Shown piece after piece: positions 11,971 to 22,715 of a DNA stretch of 64,000 nucleotides (position 1 is its first letter; each line of letters opens with the position of its first letter). The stretch spans positions 1,053,322-1,117,321 of the forward strand of contig NW_003314303.1 of NCBI RefSeq assembly GCF_000143415.4, given 5' to 3'. The notes under the pieces are model-generated. The model searched no databases. It saw nothing but the letters and a program-made list of their open reading frames with translations, and was not told the origin of the DNA. Source of the stretch: Selaginella moellendorffii. Its lineage: Eukaryota > Plantae > Lycopodiophyta. A program made the translations under genes and the position numbers.

Positions 11971-13632
11971 TCAGTGACGTCGATGATATTTGCAACAATC
12001 TTCGTCGTCTCCATCGTGGGGTTCCCTGTGAGGCTGCACCCATCTTCCAGATAAATCCTTTACCAGACCCTTGTGCATCTCTTGCCACCAAAAACCCGGG
12101 ATACCCATTTCCTCGATCAAGAAATCGGCAGCCTTGTTTACCAGCGCTGGATCCCTCTGCGTCATTGAAGAAAACGGCTTGTCTGGGCCGTGATACCCAT
12201 CTAAGAGATGCAAGTGGGCTTCCAAGTTGTGATGCCAGGACGGATTCATCGTGTGCTGGAGCAATGGAGAGTGCGTGCTGCAAACCTGGAGCTGCTGGCC
12301 GACGTGAGAATAGGTCCATGGGAGCTTGTCGATCACCGCCCGGATGAATGCGAAGCTCTTCTCGTTGAAGAAGATCCCCGGAGTTTTGGGGACCAAGTCC
12401 TTCTCGTTGACAACGCGAAGGACTTTGATACCGAGCGAGTCGCATCGATCACGGAACGCATCGTTCCCGACCCGGGGGGCGGCAAAGGAGAAGACGGTGA
12501 CGGGGATGTTGTTGGTCGGATCGTCGTCGATGTTGTGAGGCCGGGGGAGGCTCTCGAAGATGGGGTCCATGGTTCCGGTCGGAGCTCCCTGCTGCTCGCA
12601 GTAGCTCCCGGACACGACGCTCGTGAGGGGCTCGTCCATGCCTGACTCAGCGATATCGTAGGCGCTGAGGAGCGCCAGGGCTCCGCCGAGGCTGTGCCCA
12701 GTCACCGTGATGCTCAGCTGCTCGCCCTTGTAGAGACCAACAAGGCGATGGATCTCCCACAGCAGCTGCTCGCGGGCACTCCGGTTCTTCTTCTTCTTGG
12801 CACTCTTCTTCTTGGACGTGTACAAGTGGAGGAAGCCATTCTCCACCTTGACACCGTCGAGGAACGAGCACTTGTTCTTGTCCCAGTGTCGCTGATCCAG
12901 CCCCGCGGGTGTGAGAAAGTCCTTGAAGTTCTCGGACCACTCGATCGAGGTGACGGTCCCCCGCCAGGCAACGACGATGTCTCGCCTCCCTAGCCTTGCG
13001 ATCTCTTTCTCGCAGGTAGCCACTGCGACGTAGCCGATCCAGTTGGAGTCCCGGTTGGGAGAGTCCGAGGCCTCGGAGTTTTTGAAGAAGAATGGAATCT
13101 CCGGGTCTGCGGTGGCGTAGAGAAACTTGGTCACTTCGTAGCCTCGGCCCGGTAGATCCACTCGGTCAAACAGCTCTTTCTTGCTATACTTACAGCTTCC
13201 GCAGTACTTGGAGCCAGTGTTCATGTCGAAGGCGTCATAGCAAGCTTGAGCAAACTCGCCATAGCGGATGATCTCGGCTCGCAGGCATGGATCGATAGGA
13301 TGCTCCAGCAGGTCTTCCCAGTCGTTAGCCCCTTGAATTTCTCTCCATCTCTGGCTCAACTTCTTTTCCTCGGCTGGGGGATGAAGCTCCTCCGCTGCCG
13401 GAGGAGTTTTGATGGGCGAGACTTTGTATGTCTGCTTTAGCTCCTTGACCAGAACTTTCTCCATGGAGACATCTACTTTCTTTGTTTTGCTGCCAATTAC
13501 AAGCGAAACATCATCGTTGTTCTTGTTTGGAGCAAATCTCATGGCACTTGCAACAACCAAGGATGGCCTTGCAGGCTTGAAGCTGCTCTTAGGGAAGCAC
13601 GAAGAGTAATTTCTAAGTTGAGTGGAAGCCAT
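11971..13632 (-). CDS. Phospholipase A1 (class 3 lipase, DAD1-like/PLA1-I type, probably plastid-targeted), intronless, 553 aa
   Basis: Uninterrupted ORF from ATG 13632. Motifs IVVAWRGT, VENGFLHLY, ITVTGHSLGG (GxSxG), FAAPRVGN, DLVPKTPG, HNLEAHLH, RDPALVNK. Ser/Arg-rich transit-peptide-like N-terminus. Confidence 0.95.
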   Translation of the reverse strand: MASTQLRNYSSCFPKSSFKPARPSLVVASAMRFAPNKNNDDVSLVIGSKTKKVDVSMEKVLVKELKQTYKVSPIKTPPAAEELHPPAEEKKLSQRWREIQGANDWEDLLEHPIDPCLRAEIIRYGEFAQACYDAFDMNTGSKYCGSCKYSKKELFDRVDLPGRGYEVTKFLYATADPEIPFFFKNSEASDSPNRDSNWIGYVAVATCEKEIARLGRRDIVVAWRGTVTSIEWSENFKDFLTPAGLDQRHWDKNKCSFLDGVKVENGFLHLYTSKKKSAKKKKNRSAREQLLWEIHRLVGLYKGEQLSITVTGHSLGGALALLSAYDIAESGMDEPLTSVVSGSYCEQQGAPTGTMDPIFESLPRPHNIDDDPTNNIPVTVFSFAAPRVGNDAFRDRCDSLGIKVLRVVNEKDLVPKTPGIFFNEKSFAFIRAVIDKLPWTYSHVGQQLQVCSTHSPLLQHTMNPSWHHNLEAHLHLLDGYHGPDKPFSSMTQRDPALVNKAADFLIEEMGIPGFWWQEMHKGLVKDLSGRWVQPHREPHDGDDEDCCKYHRRH

Positions 13633-14714
13633 GAGATTCACTTCAAAAGCATGCAAACAAAGAGAGACAAACTAGGAGCTTCTTCTACTTCGATGGTTCC
13701 TCACAGGAGCTGTGAGCCCTCTTTTAAAGTAGCGTGTCCAAACAAAATGTGGCGCTCCACAATGAAAACGTTTGAAATTCAATATTGCTTGGTCGTACAT
13801 ATATAGAGTCTATGCTAAAAATTTATTGGAAATCTTTTATTCAAAATAATATCTAGCATGTTAGTATGCATCGTTATTGTCATTTATACTTTTGAAGGAT
13901 GTTATTAAGCTCTAATTAGATCATGCAATTTCATCAAATGAGTTTTTCAAGATTAAACACTCAAATCTCTCCAAAGTTGGTCATGATATTATTAGACTTT
14001 TATAAAACTTTCTTATGGAGATCATTACATCTTGAAATCTATAAACAATGTAATCACTTATAACACATTTGAATGTGACAGTCAATTAACACTATAAATG
14101 GGTTTGAGCCTTTTCTAACTCCATGACAAAAACAACAACTCAATCTTTTTCTAATTGTGCATGTAAATGGTGTATAGATTGTTTGTTTCCAATTAAAACC
14201 CCCAAAAAAAAAAAAAATAGTACCAAATGGTATTTTTTATGGTTACTCAATACACTATTCAATGACTAAGTAGTGTATTTTAGGTGCCCTATACACCATT
14301 TAGTGTTTTTTATGATTGTCCAATACACCATTAGGTGCCTAAATGGTGTATAAGGCACCTAAAATACACTGTTTGGTCATTAAATGAATATATCCAATAT
14401 ACACTAAGGCACTTTAAAAACACTTTAAAAACACTATTAATTATTGAATGGTGTTTAAGGCACCTTCTTTAAAAACACTTTAAAAACACAATTCCAAATA
14501 GTGTTTAGGCCACTTTTCAAACATAAAGCACTTTAAATAGTACCATTTTGAATTCAATCATTTTTGGATTATTAATCAAAATTAGGGTTGGGCCAGTAAT
14601 AGCTTTTTTTTAGTTCACAAATGTTTTATTCCTGATAATTTGATACACATATGATGTAATGAATATTTTAAGACCAAATATATAAACCCTTAAGTTCTAC
14701 ACACTGAGCAAGCG
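13400..14714. repeat. Right arm (core) of inverted duplication; resumes at 17559 after the copia insertion
   Basis: Reverse complement of 10040-11375. Host sequence cactgagc(g)agcg...gaactcgcagtg is split by 14715-17558. Confidence 0.9.
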
Positions 14715-15430
14715 CGTTTCTCCGCTGCTAACATGGTATCGGAGCTTTGGGCTCCTTGATCCTGAGAATGGCGCTTGCTGGCCAGGAGGCCAGTGATGAG
14801 GAGGAGGATGAGCCTCCCAATTGCAATCCCTCTTGCAATGTTTGGGACGCTTGAGGCGTTGCACCAAGGCACCAGGCTGTGTAGAGGTGCTGAGCAACAA
14901 GCAGCAGCAAGTAGAGAACAAAGCCAGTGGGAGATTGAGAGATTTCACCAACCCACATCAAGAATTGGGTCAAGATTCAAGAACATTGCATAGCAATTCT
15001 TTGCAGGAATTTCCAGCAATTGGGAAGGATGCTCATGGAGATTCAAGTGCCTAGTCGCAGAGAAGTGGGAGCCTGGCAGTTCACGGCCAAGACCTCATGC
15101 TAGAGGCAAGATTGAAGCCATAGCAAGAAGCAAAGAGTGTGCAAGCAAGTCCAAGACCAAGAACCAAGTTTTGGGTAGTTGATTGATGAGTTTTCATATG
15201 TTTTTCTCATTAGCTCTCCATGCTCATCATCTCAGACTAGCTAGGCACGATTCAGGCTTAGATTCAGACTGGAATCAGCCGCCTGATCGTGAGTGGGAGT
15301 GTTAGAGGTAGAGATGATGTGGCAGTAGTTATGCCCACGTGGCAGTAGCTTTATGTATATGTACACAATCATATACAGTTATATATATACAGTTCTTCCT
15401 CCTCGTGTGCGCGTCTCTCCGCTGCTAACA
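14712..15430 (+). mobile_element. Internally deleted Ty1/copia-like element (LTR-A family)
   Basis: Stub of 5' LTR 14712-14733, PBS tggtatcggagc (tRNA-iMet) 14734-14745, decayed internal region, PPT gagtgggag, 131-bp LTR TG..CA at 15300-15430. Confidence 0.8.
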
Positions 15431-15627
15431 CACTCTCACACTCTCAGGTAACATCTTCAATTTCTGGAACAACTCTTTATAGGGGCACATATGTAACGTC
15501 GCTCCAGAGTCAAGCCAAATAAAGCGGTCAATGATCTCGCCTTTTGGTGAAGGAATGGTTCGCACCATAAAGAGCTGGCCATCGGCTCTTTTCCACGACC
15601 CCTTCCACTGTTGTTGTTGTTGTCAAA

Positions 15628-16054
15628 CCTATGCCAGGCACATTGAAATACGTTTCCATTTCATCAGAGATCAAATCAAGAATGGAGTCATCGAGCTAGA
15701 TTATTGTCCAACTCGTAGCATGGCAGCTGATATTCTGACAAAGGCACTATCTCGTGATGCCTTTGAGCGAAATCGAGATATGCTGAAGATCATACGAGTG
15801 GAGTGAAAGGCTTTGGATCCTGGCTGAGTGGGAGTGTCAACAGTATATTCGTGGACAGCCTGGATCCTACATGGAAGATCTCAAGAGTCAAGAACACAAG
15901 AGTCACAACCTTTCCTATCCATCTTTCTCATTGTATAAATTTGGTTTTTCACACCTCGTCAATACACAGAAGAGTTATCTTCCTCTTCCTCTTTCTTTCT
16001 CACAGATATATGCAGCAAAGGGTATTTCATTTTTAGTGAACATGCTATCGAGCC
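15628..16054 (+). mobile_element. Ty1/copia RNase H C-terminal fragment, PPT, LTR-B (15835-16042) and PBS-like site
   Basis: RHIEIRFHFIRD...MAADILTKAL, then gagtgggag, then tgtcaac...gtgaaca followed by tgctatcgagcc. Confidence 0.75.
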
Positions 16055-16179
16055 TGCAGCTTTTATAATAAAACACACAATCCTTATAAATATATAACAA
16101 ACAACACACAAATCACATTATTTAAGAGTCACTCGCAAGGTACGTAGTTACAGCTTGTAAGTTGACTTACACGCTGATA

Positions 16180-16731
16180 TTACTTGTAACACGCACGTAC
16201 GGATGACAGAGTGCTCACTACTTCAGCCTTCATAGCGTACTCCACCGAAACAATGAGCTCTTTCATGGAACCCCTCAAGGGGATAGGAGGCTGCACGGTC
16301 ACATTATACCCTTCACGCTCATACGGGAGCTCAAGCCTATTCCTGCTATCAGGTAGGCATTTAAAATAAATAGTAGCCACCTTCTCAGGCACTCGTCCGA
16401 GTGAGAACAAATCGAAGGTACCCTCTGTTCCATTGGAAGGAGTCCCCCTACCAGTTGCAGCGATCCAACCTGGACCCGTCTTGCCATGTTCGGTGATCAT
16501 CCCATCTGGGCAAGGAACGGTTATGTCCTGATTTGGATACTGGAAGCACTTTCCCGAAGTCAAAGTAATATTCTCCATTTCCAAATCATTGTTTAACTTG
16601 TTTGTTATCTGGAATGCAACCCACTGCTTATTTGGATCTGCGTGAAAGTCACAAACAATTAGGCATGAGCTTGAGCATGAAGAACAGCCGATAGAAAAAC
16701 TAGTGCAAATGTAATGAACAAAAAAAGCCAT
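16180..16731 (-). CDS. Aegerolysin-family (ostreolysin/PlyA-like) lipid-binding protein with ~30-aa N-terminal extension
   Basis: QWVAFQITN...GKCFQYPNQD...IAATGRGTPSNGTEGTFDL...VATIYFKC...N matches the aegerolysin pattern QWV..I.N..GK..D..I.A.GR....GT.GTFDL...Y..C. Intact and intronless; TATAAATA at ~16774-16781 on the minus strand. Confidence 0.85.
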   Translation of the reverse strand: MAFFVHYICTSFSIGCSSCSSSCLIVCDFHADPNKQWVAFQITNKLNNDLEMENITLTSGKCFQYPNQDITVPCPDGMITEHGKTGPGWIAATGRGTPSNGTEGTFDLFSLGRVPEKVATIYFKCLPDSRNRLELPYEREGYNVTVQPPIPLRGSMKELIVSVEYAMKAEVVSTLSSVRACYK

Positions 16732-17381
16732 ATTGCTCGGAGGACCGGAATAAGGATTTCTCCACTGAGCTTGTATTTATACACCAATTCAAACGTATTA
16801 TAATATTAGAGCACGAGACGCAGACCATTTCTTGCATATACAGTGAGATAGATTAAAGTGCTGTTCGCGTGCAACACTACAAACAATGTTGCTGAACGGA
16901 TCGTGAATTGACAGACCAACAAAGGCACTGTACATACGTCAAATATGGATTGGTTGAACCACTGGCTGAACACGATTTGTTTGTTGGCTGTCATATAAGC
17001 CGTTTTTAAGTTGTACTGAAATTACACCTCTAGCTTTTAGTTGATGTCACATGCACTTGGCAATGGTTCGATTTGGTCAGTAGCCCAAAGGTGTTATAAT
17101 ATTAGAGCACGAGACGCGGGCCATTTCCATGGGCGGACCATTTCCTGCATATACAGTGAGATAGATTAAATGTGCAAGACTAGATACAACGTTGCTGAAC
17201 GGATCGTGAATTGACAGACCAAAAAAGGCACCACTGGCTGAACACCTCTAGCTTTTAGTTGATGTCACATGCACTTGGCGATCTGCTTTATTGGACGGTC
17301 ACTAGCCCTCTGTTCAATTTGAAACATATACAACTTCCTTAAGATATATCTGGAAGGATTTAGAGGATGCTTAAACATATG

Positions 17382-17558
17382 AGGCTTAGATTCAGACTGG
17401 AATCAGCCGCCTGATCGTGAGTGGGAGTGTTAGAGGTAGAGATGATGTGGCAGTAGTTATGCCCACGTGGCAGTAGCTTTATGTATATGTACACAATCAT
17501 ATACAGTTATATATATACAGTTCTTCCTCCTCGTGTGCGCGTCTCTCCGCTGCTAACA
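17382..17558 (+). repeat. Second copy of copia PPT region plus LTR-A (LTR 17428-17558)
   Basis: 177-bp direct repeat of 15254-15430 with no differences seen. Confidence 0.92.
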
Positions 17559-18190
17559 GAACTCGCAGTGCTCTTGCACACTTGTGGCATTGCCAGGGAT
17601 CTTGAGCAGGCCAGGCGGCTCCATGCAAGGATTCTGTTGAGCAGCAGCCAATCACAGCGATAGATTTCTCTGGAATTTGGCAGGGCAAATGTATGGGAGT
17701 TGTGGTGATCTCCAGAGTGCAAAGGAGTCCATTGCACAGCCCAATGCCTTCTCCTGGAACATCATGATCTCCACTTGTGCTCAGAATGCCCGTGCTGAGG
17801 ACATGATGCTTGCGTTCCAGAAGAATCCTCACAAAAACCAAGTTTCCTGGAATGCATTGATTAGGGTGTTTGCCGAGAACAGCAATCTCCACGCTGCAAG
17901 AGAGATTTTTGAGAGGATACCTGAGCTTAGGAGTGTTCTCTCTTGGAACATCATGATCTCTGCCTACGCATAGTGTAGACAATTCTTCCAAGTGAAGGAT
18001 TTGTTTGATAGAATGGACATCCGAGACACTTTTTCCTGGAACATCATGATCCAAGCTTACAGTAACTTTGGAGATCTTTCCGGGGGAAAAACAATTGTTT
18101 CGATCAATGCTAAATCGCAATATTGGATCCTGGAATTCCATACTTACAGAATATTCAATTTTTGGGCATTTAGAAAAAGCCAAGTGAACA
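17559..18190 (+). pseudogene. Inverted duplicate of the PPR gene 5' part
   Basis: LLHTCGIARDLEQARRLHARI, IAQPNAFSWNIMIS, NPHKNQVSWNALI match 10040->9420; stops and frameshifts present. Confidence 0.9.
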
Positions 18191-18960
18191 TTTGAGCTCT
18201 TCCCGGCTCTTCTTTGGATGTGCCAATTTATAAGCATTTTGCTTGACCTTCACCAAAGGTTAAAAATCAAAATAATAAAAAGAAACCTTTATAAAGTGAA
18301 AGGGAAAGATATACCTTACACTATATAACGAGTATAAAATTAATTGGGTTGTTAAAAAATGTTTTACCATCATTTTAAGTGTGTGAGAGATATAGACTCT
18401 AGAGTTCTTCAATATCTACTTGATGAATAGAGAAAGGATTGCCAAAAGTATATGAGAACATGATGAGAAGGGCTATATACATTATATAAACTATAGGCAA
18501 ATGTAAAAAGTTCTTAGCACCGCACATTAGTAATGATCCAAATGGCACATTCATATTCTTTGACACCTACATCAACATATCATTAGAAGGGATTGAAGAG
18601 TGGTAGCTGCCAAAAAAGTCTATAAGCACAACAACTTATAATTGTCAACATGGTCAACATTATTTCATGCAATATAATTTACAGGTATAACATGATTTCT
18701 AAAATCTTTCCTGTTATATATTATTTACATGTATCTTTGATATAGAAGCATGTCATTTGAGGGACCAGTTTGCATTCAACTTGTTGTAAAGAGTATAAAG
18801 GATAAAGGAATGTACCCAACAATATTTACAAGATTTTCAAAGGCACAAAAAATAGAATGCCCTTGAGAGTTGGAGCTCATAGGGAAGAAGACCTTAGGAG
18901 GAATTATCAATGCTAGTAATGATGGCAATGCCAATGATGATGGAAAGGAAGATGAAGAAG
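18190..18960 (+). repeat. Diverged inverted homologue of ~6690-7340 (part of the methyltransferase relic)
   Basis: taagcattttgcttgacctt..., gatccaaatggcacattcat... and gaatgtacccaacaatattt... match the reverse complement of 7340->6690. Confidence 0.75.
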
Positions 18961-19029
18961 CTTTGGATCAAGCTCATATTCCACCACCAAATAGCTAAAA
19001 TCAAGCTCTAGTTCAACCATTAGATAGCC

Positions 19030-21630
19030 AAGATTTAGATCTAATAACTATCAAATCCCACTATACTAATATTAGTATATGGCATTGTAATTGTATATTT
19101 GGACCTCACATCATCCCCTCCTTTTGGAATGATGAAAAACTATCAGAGTTTTCTCTTGGATAGGCCATGATCTGGAGGAACATCAGGAGAAGGCATCAGT
19201 GGATCTGTAAGTGGTGTTAGTTGTTTTTGATCCTTTTATACGAAGCATTTCAATTGTTGCATATGCAAAATTTCTGGAGGATTAGTCTGCTAGAGTTCAT
19301 GCTGAACATTATAAATTTGCGGTCCCACTTACCGCAACACCTAATACAGTCCTTTCCACTGAGCAAAGAGCCCCTTAGATAAACCATGTATCATAACATT
19401 GGGAAAACAGACTAATACCAATTTATTCACTTTATACTTTATAGGTTGATAATGATAAGAGTTATAGCACTATTGTTGTCCCACTTGTATGCAGCTTAGG
19501 TGTTCAGCAAACTCTTTGCTTGGACATGTGGAAAAATGCTCATTAAATACTAATCCCACAACTTACCATCGGTAGCTTGTGGCAATTGCGAAGGTTATTA
19601 CCAACTCTATATTACCAACTCTATTGGTAATATTGAATCATGATTATATAGAATTTTATATGGTGAAGCATAAAAAAAACTCTACACCCCTGTGATATAC
19701 GTATACCAAAGAGATAATAAATAACTATTTGAATCCAAATACTAAAAGTTTATATACGTCGTGATCATCCATTTGAAGGTTCGAATGAGCCGTTCCACCA
19801 AACCATTTAACTGTGGATAATAAGCACTCATGAAAGTGTGGCATATTCTTAATAAAGATGTCAAAATGTGAAATGCTTTAGCTATAAATTTAGGATTATT
19901 ATCTGAAAGAATCTGCTCTAGATAGGAATGTTGGTACACCATTGAGGAGGAAGCATCCAACAAAAAACTCTGCACCCCTGTGATATACGTATACCAAAGA
20001 TATAGTAAATAACTATTTGAATCCAAATGCTGAAAGTTTATGTACATTGTGATCATCCATTTGAAGGTTCGAATGAGCTATTCCACCAAACCATTTAACT
20101 GTGGATAATAAACACTCATGAAAGTGTGGCATATTCTCAATAAAGATGTCAAAATGTGAAATGCTTTAGCTATAAATTTAGGACTATTATCCGAAAGGAT
20201 CTGCTCTAGATAGGAATGTTGGTACACCATTAAGGAGGAAGTATCTAACAGCAATTGTAGATGTGCTAGCAAAAGCACTAACTTCCACCTAGTGAGTTAA
20301 GTAGTCTGAAGTAATAATAACATATTGTAAGCTCCTAAATTTGGACTTTTCAAGAGGTCACCTAGCCTAGTATTATTCAAACCTAAGGACACTTAACCTT
20401 AAATATCCCAAGACCCTTAACCGATTGGAAAAGAAGGTGCACTCTTGTTCATGGGCCCTTTCCCTCTATATTTGAACCCCATAGATCGTCTCTTAAGTCG
20501 TTCCTTTTGGTTGCTTACACATACTCATTGCCAATAGTCGATCATGGAAAAAGCCCTATTAGATCAAACGCTACCAATTCAAATAGATGGGAAATTACAA
20601 TTGATTCTAACTATCCTTCCACAATACGAGAGGGAGTATTATAAGTTTGGCACCGAATGTAGCTAGTCATATACTAGATAACATCATGTCGTATCTCTGG
20701 TTAATAAAAAGACCTATGCAGCTTCTCGACCACACAATGATGTCCTATATACATGTTTAAAACAAGAGAATCATGGTAAGCATGAAGAAAGTGTGAAATA
20801 AAGGTTAAAGGCATTATTAGTTGTAAATGATCATCAGGATCCATCCCCACAAAATAAAGAAGACCATCCTCAAAGTGATATTGAAAATGTAAATGTTGAA
20901 ATAATAATAAATTAGCAAGTGATGCAAAATTCTTAAACCCATTGCAAAGCCTTTGAATCCACAGCTCAATCTTTTAAACCTCATGAACCTTGTCAAGAGA
21001 AGGTAAATGTTGCTTTACATCTTGTGGACAATGAACATTAAGTATAACAACCGTTAATAGCATAGAATCTTCATCTAAAAAATCCACGAATATTGGAATA
21101 ATAAGTTTGTCAAAAATATGAAAAAAGAGCAAAGATGGAAGAGGAGCTCGAGAAAGGGCATAACATCAACCATAAAAATTATGAACAACATTAAAATTAT
21201 ATATCTAAAGCTTCAAAGCCTACCAAACAATATGACTAACTAAGTTCTTCCACTTTAATAATGAAGTAACTATAACATGATCACCTTTTAGTAATTTTTG
21301 AGAACTATGTAGATATATATAAAATTTTTTAAATCCTTAAACTGCTGCTAAACACTCCTTCTTTATAGTGGAGTAGTTCACCTCCACTGGTTGTAATATA
21401 TATTTGATATATGCAATAGGATGGCGTTGACCAGACACACTCGGGCTTTCTTGCATCAACACACCTCCAAAATCGATATCAAAAGCATACATGCACAAAA
21501 TGAAAAGTTGAGTGTAGTTAGGATATGCTAAATTGTCAATACCTCTTTGATATCTATAAATGTCTGCTCACAATCCACAGACCAAATAAAAAACGATGTT
21601 AATGATTTTAGCAACACTTGCAATGGTGCA
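19030..21630 (-). mobile_element. Decayed Ty3/gypsy fragment (RNase H-integrase-PPT-LTR), same family as 22716-27703
   Basis: ILSDN.PKFIAK..SAYYPQLNGLVER integrase motif, present twice because of a ~288-bp tandem duplication at 19680-20260. PPT aggaggggatga and LTR start at ~19110. Confidence 0.85.
20326..20519 (-). mobile_element. Cassandra solo LTR
   Basis: TG..CA, TSD catat/catac, reverse-complement homologue of 40150-40344 including the 5S-like core. Confidence 0.85.
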
Positions 21631-21639
21631 ATGTTGAGC

Positions 21640-22200
21640 CCCTGAGCCCCCTGAGCCATAAGGTTATTTGAATAACTTTGCCCCCAGGCGGCCAAAGTGC
21701 CCAAAGTGGCTCGACCTCGGGCACTTTAGAGGCTTGGGAGGCCAAATTTATTTGAATAACCTTGACACTTTAGGCAGTCAAAGTGCCCAAGGTGGTTAGC
21801 CTAAGTGATCTTGAGCACTTTAGAGGCTCTAGAGCTGAGGTTATTCAAATAACCTTGGTCCACCAGGCCACTAAAGTGCCTAAAGTGGTTGGCTTGAGCT
21901 TAATCTTAGGCATTTTAGAAGCCTAAGAGACCAAGGTTATTCAAATAAACTTAGCCCCCTAGGTAGCTAAGGTGCCTAAAGTTGAGCTTAGGCCGGCCAC
22001 CTCAGGCACTTTGGCAACTCTGAGATTATTCAAATAACCCGACCCTCCAAGCCTCTAGAGTACTTGAGGTGGTTGGTTTGAGCTTAACCTTAGGTACTTT
22101 GGCAACTTAGCGGGTAGAGGTTATTTAAATAACCTTGGCCCCTAGGCCACCAAAGTGCATGAGGTTGCTGCAAAAATGCCCAAAGTGGCTATAAAAATAC
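21640..22200. repeat. ~90-bp tandem repeat containing palindrome AGGTTATTYRAATAACCT (6 units)
   Basis: Palindrome at ~21661, 21745, 21838, 21934, 22023 and 22118, alternating with ccaaagtgcc...ggcactttag inverted pairs. Confidence 0.8.
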
Positions 22201-22715
22201 CTATAGTTGTTAACGAAAATGCAAGGTGGTCGTTAGAGAAGAAGAAAAAAAAAAGCATGGAAGCAATTAAATGGAAAAAACTCACCATTAGTTATATTAT
22301 TGCTCAGCTTCTCACTCATATGCTAGATCTTTCTTGCTCTTTATCTCACACTCTGGCATGCTCGATCTCAACTCGTGTACTCTATCTTTTGTGCTTTAGA
22401 TCTTTTGATCTCTCTTGCTCTCGATCTTAACTTGCATGTTGGATTTCTCTTGCTTGATATCTCACACTTGCACGCTCGATCTCTCACAATCTCGTACTCA
22501 TGATCTCTCGCACTCTCACATGCTCGATCTCTCAATCTCTCACTCATCTCATAGAGCAAATAGTAACCTAATCTTGGCAGCTACCCTAACCTTAATCCTG
22601 ACGGCTGCCCTAACCCTAACCAATCTCTCATACTAGCCATTCATTGCATATAACTTAAATCTCCACCATTACAATATCTTTCATTTTATTTTGTCTTATC
22701 ATTATTATTACATAT

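Noticed and set aside
11859-12993. Several overlapping ORFs within PLA1
   Set aside because: Alternative-frame ORFs of a GC-rich coding sequence.
11971-16731. PLA1 plus aegerolysin as a functional defence cluster
   Set aside because: The aegerolysin arrived within a retroelement insertion, so adjacency alone does not show functional linkage.
17497-18237. 246-aa minus-strand ORF
   Set aside because: Antisense to the PPR pseudogene fragment and runs into an LTR.
21640-22200. CRISPR-like look of regularly spaced palindromes (also the 22-bp palindromes at 42.6-54.8 kb)
   Set aside because: Spacers here are similar to one another, the 22-bp motifs are irregularly spaced, there are no cas genes and the context is eukaryotic.
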